From a virus: a stretch of DNA of 64,000 nt. Below the pieces are notes generated by a model. The model had not been told where the DNA came from. It was given only the letters and a program-made list of their open reading frames with translations, and did no database searches. This document shows, one piece after another, positions 27,629 through 34,526 of the stretch. The stretch is from the IMG/VR virus record IMGVR_UViG_3300017917_002228, positions 96,496 to 160,495 of that record. One strand, written 5' to 3'. Numbering within the stretch: position 1 is the first letter of the stretch; each line of letters opens with the position of its first letter. Both the position numbers and the translations under genes were made by a program.

Positions 27629-28327
27629 ATGAATATGAGTGAAGAAGAAACCCGAGCTCGTCTTTTAGAGCTCCACAACATGCGATTACTCCCGCAGACT
27701 ACCGTAAACTATCTCTATAATATTAGAGACAATTATGGTGTGTATCCGGGAGTAATCTATGATATAGGTGCTTGTGTTCTTCATTGGACAAATGAAGCGG
27801 TAAACGTCTGGCCAGAATCAGAATATTATTGTTTCGAAGCAATGCCAGAAACAGCTTTTCTTTATAATAAACCTCACATCAAAGGTTTTCATAATGGAGT
27901 TCTTACCGGTGAAGATAATATTCCAGTTACCTTTTATCAAAACACATATCACCCGGGTGGTAATTCCTACTACAAAGAAAACGTAGAAATTAATCCAGAA
28001 GCAGAGCAATACTTTAATGAGTCTCATAGAAGAGACTATATTGGCTTTACTCTTGACACTATAGTAAAACAAAAGAATTTTAAACTCCCTGATCTTATTA
28101 AAATGGATGTACAAGGTGCTGAGATGGATATTATTAAAGGTGCAGAGTTGTGTTTAGCACATGCTAGCCATCTTATACTAGAACTCCAAATTGTAGAATA
28201 TAACAAAGGTGCACCGCTTCGTAATGAAGTGGTTGAATATCTTAAATCTAAAAATTACTTTATGGTAGAAGGTAGCCCTTTCACTAATGCAGGACCTGAT
28301 GGTGACTACCATTTTGTTAAAGAATGA
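27629..28327 (+). CDS. FkbM family SAM-dependent methyltransferase
   Basis: YDIGA, FEA, TLD, LIKMDVQGAE. Confidence 0.88.
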   Translation: MNMSEEETRARLLELHNMRLLPQTTVNYLYNIRDNYGVYPGVIYDIGACVLHWTNEAVNVWPESEYYCFEAMPETAFLYNKPHIKGFHNGVLTGEDNIPVTFYQNTYHPGGNSYYKENVEINPEAEQYFNESHRRDYIGFTLDTIVKQKNFKLPDLIKMDVQGAEMDIIKGAELCLAHASHLILELQIVEYNKGAPLRNEVVEYLKSKNYFMVEGSPFTNAGPDGDYHFVKE

Positions 28328-28992
28328 AAATATTTAACCACTTATCTCCAAAAGAAATACCTCAACTAGAACAAGTCAATACTGATTCAGGTCGTTATTA
28401 TAAATCACCAACAGGCGTATTATACCCTTCAGTAACTACTGTAACAGGTTTGATGAATGTCGACTCAATCAAAAAGTGGCGTAAAGCCGTCGGTGAGGAA
28501 GCTGCGAATGCGATCTCTTCGAAAGCAGCTCGACGCGGAACACGAATTCACTCTATTTGCGAAGACTACCTCAATAATAAACTTGATACTAGCAAGCATT
28601 CTATTATTGATCTTGATAATTTCAATTCTTTGAAAGAGTATATGGATGAGCATATTGACAACATTCACCTCCAAGAAACAAGACTCTACTCAGACTTCTT
28701 GCAGATGGCAGGAACTGTGGACTGTATTGCCGAGTATGCAGGACGCTTATCTATCATCGATTTTAAAACAGCAAGAAAAGCTAAAAATAGAGACTACATA
28801 CAAAATTACTTTTGTCAGGCAACTGCATACGCAATAATGTATGAAGAACTAACTGGAATACCAGTACCTAATATAGTGATTATGATTTGTGTTGACGATG
28901 ATTACCCGCAGATATTCACAGATAAAAGAGACTACCATGTTAAACCTCTCCTAGAGATTAGGAAAAAATATAAGGAAATCTACAATGTTTAG
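28324..28992 (+). CDS. PD-(D/E)XK exonuclease (RecB/Cas4-like fold)
   Basis: YPSVTTV, RGTRIH, AGTVDC, IIDFKT, YFCQATAY. Confidence 0.88.
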   Translation: MKIFNHLSPKEIPQLEQVNTDSGRYYKSPTGVLYPSVTTVTGLMNVDSIKKWRKAVGEEAANAISSKAARRGTRIHSICEDYLNNKLDTSKHSIIDLDNFNSLKEYMDEHIDNIHLQETRLYSDFLQMAGTVDCIAEYAGRLSIIDFKTARKAKNRDYIQNYFCQATAYAIMYEELTGIPVPNIVIMICVDDDYPQIFTDKRDYHVKPLLEIRKKYKEIYNV

Positions 28993-29323
28993 AGCAATGT
29001 TAAGTGCATTGTTCGTAATGATTTCAAGTGCTGCTTATGCACAGCAAAAACAACCTATATGTATGCCGCTTCCTGAGATGATGACATTAATGAATCAAAC
29101 AGGATTTTCTCATCTACTATCTACACACTCAGTAGAAGATAAAAAAGGTACAATCGTGTTTGTTAATTCAGATGATAAAGTTACTGCTATTGTAGTATTT
29201 GATATGTCTAGCGACGACCCTAAAACAGCAGGTGCTTGTGTAGCTTCTATCCAAAAAAATCTAAGATTTAATCGTGATGGTTTAGATGTTATTTCTAAAA
29301 GGGAACTAGGTATTAGAGTATGA
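28985..29323 (+). CDS. Secreted/periplasmic hypothetical protein
   Basis: Signal peptide ending AYA; two Cys. Confidence 0.6.
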   Translation: MFRAMLSALFVMISSAAYAQQKQPICMPLPEMMTLMNQTGFSHLLSTHSVEDKKGTIVFVNSDDKVTAIVVFDMSSDDPKTAGACVASIQKNLRFNRDGLDVISKRELGIRV

Positions 29324-29673
29324 AAGTTATCATTGCTGGGTCGCGTAATATCAATAGCCCGGGTCCTGTTGGCAGGGCTATTGAATCTTCTAATTTTGAA
29401 ATAACAGAGATCGTATCTGGTAATGCAAGAGGTGTAGATTCTCTTGCAGAAAACTATGCTGGAAGAAAAGGTATTCCTACTAAACTCTTTCCAGCTGACT
29501 GGGATAAATATGGTAAGCCGGCTGGTGCAATTCGTAACCAGCAAATGGCACAATATGCAGATGCTTTGATTGCAGTATGGGATGGGCAATCAAAAGGTAC
29601 TAAGATGATGATTCAGATGATGAACAAGCAAAACAAGCCTGTTCATCTTTATTTGGTAGATAATAATGACTAA
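29320..29673 (+). CDS. SLOG superfamily (YspA/DUF2493-like) protein
   Basis: IIAGSR, SGNARGVD, PADWDKYGK.AG.IRN, WDG.SKGT. Confidence 0.88.
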   Translation: MKVIIAGSRNINSPGPVGRAIESSNFEITEIVSGNARGVDSLAENYAGRKGIPTKLFPADWDKYGKPAGAIRNQQMAQYADALIAVWDGQSKGTKMMIQMMNKQNKPVHLYLVDNND

Positions 29674-30112
29674 GAATGTTTTAATCTGGTGGCTATTCTT
29701 TTGCTTGCAAGCCTTTGGCGCAGCAATAGCATACTACTATGGCATCTTTGGAATTCTTCAGCTTGCTGATCCAACATACATTTCTTTTTGTATATTAATA
29801 CTGCACGTATTTACAGTATTATGGATCGGTCTTCTTACCTATAATAAAAACAATAACAATAATGAGATACTATGGTTTATTTCTGAGACTCAGCTAGGTC
29901 TTGGAATGCTTGGCACTCTTATAGGGTTTATTATTATGTTCTCAGGTGTATTCGGTCACGAAATTACTCCTGAAAACCTTAAAGATGCTATAGCTTCTAT
30001 TGCAGTCGGAGTCAGTACTGCAATATGGACCACTCTGGTTGGTCTTGCCTCTGGATTGATTTTGAAAACTCTAATCATCAATCTAGAAAGAACTAATGGT
30101 AGACAGAAGTAG
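29666..30112 (+). CDS. MotA/TolQ/ExbB-like proton-channel membrane protein
   Basis: Four TM segments; LGMLGTLIGF and STAIWTTLVGL channel motifs. Confidence 0.75.
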   Translation: MTKNVLIWWLFFCLQAFGAAIAYYYGIFGILQLADPTYISFCILILHVFTVLWIGLLTYNKNNNNNEILWFISETQLGLGMLGTLIGFIIMFSGVFGHEITPENLKDAIASIAVGVSTAIWTTLVGLASGLILKTLIINLERTNGRQK

Positions 30113-30683
30113 ATACGCAACAACTCTATCATTTATAGATTTTTTATTTAATCTTGTCATTGCTCTGACAGCTCTTTTCTTATTGGCCATTCTTCTTATT
30201 AATCCACCTAAGCAAGAAACGACGCAAAAAAGAGAAGCAGAATATTTTATAGCTATTAAATGGCAAGATAATAATAATAATGATGTTGATCTATGGGTCA
30301 CTGATGGTGAAAACACTGTAAACTTTATTACAAGACAGCAATCAAATATGTCTTTAGATAGAGATGATGTTGGTCCAGATGATCCTATTACACACACACA
30401 TTTTCTCCCTGCTAACGAAGAAATAGTAACTATCAGATCTAAAAGTAGAGCTGTATATACTGCTAATATTCACCTCTACAATTTGAGAGATAAAAATAAT
30501 CTACCTATGGTAGCATGGGCACTGATAAATGCTCGTACAAACAAAATAGTTGCAACTGGTGCAAAAGTACTTCAATTTCCAGGTCAAGAAGTTACATTAT
30601 TCAGAGTCTATATTAATGGTTCAGGAGAAGTAGATATGATTGATAAAGAAATAGATTATCCTTTTGTAAATGGTAAAAAATGA
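30096..30683 (+). CDS. ExbD/MotB-like partner: N-terminal TM with Asp plus extracytoplasmic beta domain
   Basis: SFIDFLFNLVIAL TM helix; DVDLWV.D...LDRDD.G. Confidence 0.6.
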   Translation: MVDRSRYATTLSFIDFLFNLVIALTALFLLAILLINPPKQETTQKREAEYFIAIKWQDNNNNDVDLWVTDGENTVNFITRQQSNMSLDRDDVGPDDPITHTHFLPANEEIVTIRSKSRAVYTANIHLYNLRDKNNLPMVAWALINARTNKIVATGAKVLQFPGQEVTLFRVYINGSGEVDMIDKEIDYPFVNGKK

Positions 30684-31126
30684 CAACGTTTTATATTTTA
30701 CTACTTCTTCTCTCTATTCCTATTATAACAATGCTTGTGATGCTATCACAGGATAAAAAATGGCGAAAATTTATCTTTATTCTTATACCATTAGTTCTTA
30801 TACTGGTATTTAAATTATGGTATGCGATTGAATATATAAAGACAGCTCCTACCGAAAAAATGCCAGACAAATATACTTTTATTCATAGCGTTGAAAAGCA
30901 AAAGAAACACATCTACATATGGGCAGTAGAAGATGGTATGGAATATCCAATCACTATAGTTATTCCATGGACAGAGAAAGCATCAAAAGAAGTAGAGAAG
31001 GCTAAAAGAGGTGTAAGAGAAGGCCGTCGTATAGTCAGGGATAAAACTCAAGACAGAGAAAACGGCACTCCTACAGATGAATTTAAATTTTATGAGTTTC
31101 AATTAAGCAAACAATATGTGAAGTGA
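30680..31126 (+). CDS. Two-TM membrane protein, third gene of the module
   Basis: Two N-terminal TM helices then a soluble domain; ATGA-coupled. Confidence 0.6.
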   Translation: MTTFYILLLLLSIPIITMLVMLSQDKKWRKFIFILIPLVLILVFKLWYAIEYIKTAPTEKMPDKYTFIHSVEKQKKHIYIWAVEDGMEYPITIVIPWTEKASKEVEKAKRGVREGRRIVRDKTQDRENGTPTDEFKFYEFQLSKQYVK

Positions 31127-31132
31127 AGTGAT

Positions 31133-31780
31133 ATGATAGATAGTAAAGTTAATGAATACATGCGAGCATGGCTTAGAGAATATATTAATGAGAATTGCAT
31201 AGTTAGAGTTAAGCCAGGTGAGCCTCTACTACCAGGAAGAAAATCAGGTGTAGAATATAGCTGGCAATTCTATTTACGTAGAGGTTTATTTAATAGTAAA
31301 TTTTTAAACTACACAGGATGTTTATTCTGGAACATATTTGCAGATAAACATAGAGAAAATCCTTTTCAGATTGCTGGGTTAGAGACAGGTTCTACTCCTC
31401 TTATTGTAGGACTTACTATGACTGCTCCGTTATTTGATATTAATGTTAATAGTTTTAGTATTAGATCACAGCGCAAAACATATGGATTAAAAAACATATT
31501 TGAAGGTATTGTAGATCCTGATATGCCTGTGCTTATAGTAGATGATCTTTCTAATTCAAAAGAAACTATTCATAGAGCACGAGCAGAATGTAAACAAGAA
31601 AGTCTTACACTTTTAGACGATGTGTTTACAGTAGTGCACAAAGACTATTATAGTAACTATGTTGTTAAGGACGGAATTAACTATTATTCTTTGTTTGGAT
31701 TAAATAACTTTGATCTTTCCTATACAAAATATGCACTAATTAATAATCCAATAACTGAGCAGTTGATTTCTGACTTATAA
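31133..31780 (+). CDS. Type I phosphoribosyltransferase-like protein (PyrE-like)
   Basis: WQFYLR, GLETGSTP, RKTYGL, VLIVDDL. Confidence 0.75.
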   Translation: MIDSKVNEYMRAWLREYINENCIVRVKPGEPLLPGRKSGVEYSWQFYLRRGLFNSKFLNYTGCLFWNIFADKHRENPFQIAGLETGSTPLIVGLTMTAPLFDINVNSFSIRSQRKTYGLKNIFEGIVDPDMPVLIVDDLSNSKETIHRARAECKQESLTLLDDVFTVVHKDYYSNYVVKDGINYYSLFGLNNFDLSYTKYALINNPITEQLISDL

Positions 31781-31785
31781 TATAC

Positions 31786-31793
31786 TATAAATA
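31786..31793 (+). promoter_or_regulatory. Late promoter TATAAATA for the tmRNA (overlaps a possible CAGTTGATT -35/-10 promoter)
   Basis: Exact TATAAATA immediately before the acceptor piece; CAGTTGATT at 31760. Confidence 0.7.
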
Positions 31794-31796
31794 AGA

Positions 31797-32140
31797 TGCT
31801 ATCGTTGATACGATACAGAATAGGTCTACTGGACGCGGGGGCAGTACCCGCCGCCTCCACCAAGATGAGCACAGCATGGAAGAATATCTCATACAATATA
31901 AGTTAAATGTGCATTGTATAGAATATATTTGTATTAATAATTATTCATTTAATCATGCTGTGCTCATCTTGCTGGGGGCGAAATAGGATCGACGGGGACA
32001 ATAAAGGTAGAATGGAGATAGCGGGTTGACAGGCTACTGTCGCGTTTATAAGTGCAAACGATAACTTCGCACCTCGTCTAGCTCTTGCAGCTTGATATGC
32101 GCCCGGGGAGAGCGTGGAAACAGAATCTCCCCACCTTTTT
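31797..32140 (+). ncRNA. ssrA: Circularly permuted two-piece tmRNA, alphaproteobacterial type; tag ANDNFAPRLALAA
   Basis: Acceptor piece ends GCGGG-GGCAGTA-CCCGC-CGCCTCC-ACCA (31862); coding piece starts GGGGGCGAAATAGGATCGAC (31974) giving a G3.U pair; tag ORF 32054-32095; outer ends approximate. Confidence 0.93.
31861..31971. repeat. Perfect 18-bp inverted repeat bounding the tmRNA intervening segment
   Basis: CAAGATGAGCACAGCATG (31861-31878) / CATGCTGTGCTCATCTTG (31954-31971). Confidence 0.9.
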
Positions 32141-32158
32141 ATAACATATAGGTGAAAC

Positions 32159-32413
32159 ATGACTCCAGAATCTTATATCGGATCTATTAGTACATTTGCT
32201 GGTTATAAACACTTTATTCCTTATGGATGGGCATCCTGTGATGGTCAAACTTTAGATGTTAAAAATAATCAAGCACTATACGCTATCATCGGTAATATTT
32301 ACGGTGGTGACTTTGGTCACAACTTTAAACTTCCAAATTTAAATACAGGTAAAAAAGACGGTGAGCCGTTTTATGTAATTTGCTTACAAGGTGTATTTCC
32401 TTCTCCGCAATAA
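32159..32413 (+). CDS. Stand-alone phage tail-collar domain protein
   Basis: YIGSI..FAG...P.GWA.CDGQ.L....NQALYAIIG..YGGD...F.LPNL; ends ICLQGVFPS. Confidence 0.85.
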   Translation: MTPESYIGSISTFAGYKHFIPYGWASCDGQTLDVKNNQALYAIIGNIYGGDFGHNFKLPNLNTGKKDGEPFYVICLQGVFPSPQ

Positions 32414-32422
32414 TGGGTAACA

Positions 32423-32497
32423 GGGGTGTGGGGCAGATGGTAAGTTACGGGACTGCAAATCCTTGAGGACCCGGTTCGAATCCGGGACACCCCTCCA
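32423..32497 (+). tRNA. tRNA-Cys(GCA)
   Basis: GGGGTGT/ACACCCC acceptor stem, CTGCAAA loop, GGTTCGAATCC T-arm, U73 discriminator, encoded CCA. Confidence 0.88.
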
Positions 32498-32518
32498 TTT
32501 CCAGCAAAAGAGCACTTA

Positions 32519-32752
32519 ATGAAAATTAGTTCAATTAAAACTCCATCGGAATTTTCTTTAGAAATAGAAAAGATTGTCAAGGATAAAGCACTTGATTATT
32601 TTGAAGCTGTCATCTATTATTGTGAGATGAATGAGTTAGAAGTTGAAACCGCTGCTTCTTTTGTAAAGCACAATCAAGTGCTCAAATCTAAGATTCAAGT
32701 AGAGGCAGAAAACCTTAACATGATGAAACGTAGTGGGCGTTTACCGATATGA
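32519..32752 (+). CDS. 33: Late transcription coactivator (T4 gp33)
   Basis: F..EIEKIV....Y.EA...YCE..E.E.E.....LK.KI..EA..LN; upstream of 59 and 32. Confidence 0.88.
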   Translation: MKISSIKTPSEFSLEIEKIVKDKALDYFEAVIYYCEMNELEVETAASFVKHNQVLKSKIQVEAENLNMMKRSGRLPI

Positions 32753-32991
32753 GTTATACAACAAAAATTGTAGAAGTTGATATTGAGTTAGATGACTTTG
32801 AAACTGATGATATTATTGAAGAGCTTCAGGAACGAGGCTATATTGTTTCTAAAGAGACTGTTCTTACTAAAGAACAAGAACGTCTCTTTCACGAAGTATA
32901 TTTAGATTATGTTGATAATAAGAATCTTAACAGCTCAGTTAAGAAGCTTTTAGATGAGATGTATATGTATGTCCCCATTCGAAGCGTATAA
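32749..32991 (+). CDS. Hypothetical acidic protein
   Basis: EVDIELDDFETDDIIEELQERGY. Confidence 0.6.
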   Translation: MSYTTKIVEVDIELDDFETDDIIEELQERGYIVSKETVLTKEQERLFHEVYLDYVDNKNLNSSVKKLLDEMYMYVPIRSV

Positions 32992-33541
32992 ACTCTATCT
33001 AGCACTTAAGCAGCATTTCACATCACCCTCATACGACTTCTTCAAATATAATGGTAAAGTCCGTGCAACAGAACACTCTTTCGAGACTCGTAAAGACAAG
33101 TATATGTTTTACAAACTCTCAAAGAGAGATGATGTATTGCACTATCTTGTTTCGATCTTATCCGATGAACCAGGAGTATGGGTCGGTGAGATCTTTGATC
33201 CGAAACACGAAGCAAAGTATAAAGAGTTTCTTAAGAAGAAAGAGTCTCTTACATACACTTTTAAAAATGAACTAGACCAACTACTAGAAGATTTTGATAA
33301 GAATTTTGAGGTACCACAAGGAGATTATCCATTTCTCCTTAAGCTGTATACTCGTAAGAAGATTAGCAAAGAAACATTTATTATTATGAACGACTGTGTG
33401 CGTTTCTTTGCTAAGTGGAACGATCAGATTAGTGATCCTGTGCTTTGGCCGCAAATTGCACTAAACTGTCGTAAATTTTATCCGTTCATGTCATATGAGC
33501 GAGATAAATATTGTGCAATGATCAAGGATAAATTCTCTTGA
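32969..33541 (+). CDS. 59: Helicase loader (T4 gp59)
   Basis: AYKLYLALKQHF...YDFFKYNGK...F..RKDKY.F.KL. Confidence 0.92.
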   Translation: MSPFEAYKLYLALKQHFTSPSYDFFKYNGKVRATEHSFETRKDKYMFYKLSKRDDVLHYLVSILSDEPGVWVGEIFDPKHEAKYKEFLKKKESLTYTFKNELDQLLEDFDKNFEVPQGDYPFLLKLYTRKKISKETFIIMNDCVRFFAKWNDQISDPVLWPQIALNCRKFYPFMSYERDKYCAMIKDKFS

Positions 33542-33599
33542 CATTATACATCGTATATACTAATATAACTTATACATCGTCATACAACGGAGACATAAA
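33538..33599 (+). promoter_or_regulatory. Gene 32 promoter/leader with a direct repeat
   Basis: TTGACA at 33538, TAATAT 17 nt later; TTATACATCGT at 33544 and 33570; GGAG RBS. Confidence 0.6.
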
Positions 33600-34526
33600 A
33601 TGGCTACATCTTTCGATGCACTCAAGCAGACTCGTAAGTCCTCATTCGATAAGCTCACATCTGAGCTAAGCAAACTCAATCAAAACACAACTGAACGTAA
33701 TAGCAACGAAGACGATCGCTTCTGGAAACCAGAGGTAGATAAGTCTGGTAACGGTATGGCTATTATTCGTTTCTTGCCTGCTCCTGCTGGTGAAGATGTT
33801 CCGTTTGTTCGTATTTGGGACCATGGCTTTCAAGGCCCAGGTGGTTGGTATATCGAAAAGTCATTGACTACTTTCGGTAAGCCTGATCCGGTTTCTGAGT
33901 ATAATACTAAGCTTTGGAACTCTGGTATTGAGTCTAATAAAGAGATTGTACGTAAACAGAAGCGCCGTCTTTCATACTACTCAAACATCTATGTCGTATC
34001 TGATCCTTCTCGTCCAGAGAATGAAGGTAAGGTATTCTTGTTTAAGTATGGTAAGAAGATCTTTGACAAGCTTAACGAAGCAATGAACCCTGAGTTTGCT
34101 GATGAGACGTCTATTAACCCATTTGATCTATGGGAAGGCGCTAACTTCAAGCTTAAGATTCGTCAGGTAGAAGGTTATCGTAACTACGATAAGTCTGAGT
34201 TCGATAAGCCACGTCCTCTATCTAAGGATGAGGATGAGATGAAGAAGGTCTGGGAATCAGAATATTCTCTTCAGGAACTTCTTGATCCTAAGAACTTTAA
34301 GTCATATGATGAACTTAAGAAGCGCCTTGAGAAGGCTCTCGGTATTGCTGAAGAAGCCGAATCAGTTGGTTCTAAGCAAGTTCGTATCGAAGAAGAGGAT
34401 GAAGCGTTCCCGCTTCCTACCAAGACTGCAAAGCCTAAGGAAGCACCGAAGGCAGCTGCACCTTGGGATGATAATGAAGATGATGAGGATCTCAGCTTCT
34501 TCAAGAACTTGGCAAAAGACGACTAA
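33600..34526 (+). CDS. 32: Single-stranded DNA-binding protein (T4 gp32)
   Basis: DDRFWK..DK.GNG.A.IRFLP, WYIE.SL, YGKKIFDK, NYDKSEF, acidic tail. Confidence 0.96.
   Translation: MATSFDALKQTRKSSFDKLTSELSKLNQNTTERNSNEDDRFWKPEVDKSGNGMAIIRFLPAPAGEDVPFVRIWDHGFQGPGGWYIEKSLTTFGKPDPVSEYNTKLWNSGIESNKEIVRKQKRRLSYYSNIYVVSDPSRPENEGKVFLFKYGKKIFDKLNEAMNPEFADETSINPFDLWEGANFKLKIRQVEGYRNYDKSEFDKPRPLSKDEDEMKKVWESEYSLQELLDPKNFKSYDELKKRLEKALGIAEEAESVGSKQVRIEEEDEAFPLPTKTAKPKEAPKAAAPWDDNEDDEDLSFFKNLAKDD

Noticed and set aside
28324-28992. Cas4-like nuclease suggesting a CRISPR system
   Set aside because: No repeat-spacer array or other cas genes in the window, and no Cas4 Fe-S Cys cluster; this is the common T4-like exonuclease next to phoH
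31945-32160. 71-aa minus-strand ORF
   Set aside because: Antisense shadow of the tmRNA coding piece
32371-32580. 69-aa minus-strand ORF
   Set aside because: Antisense to tRNA-Cys and the start of gene 33
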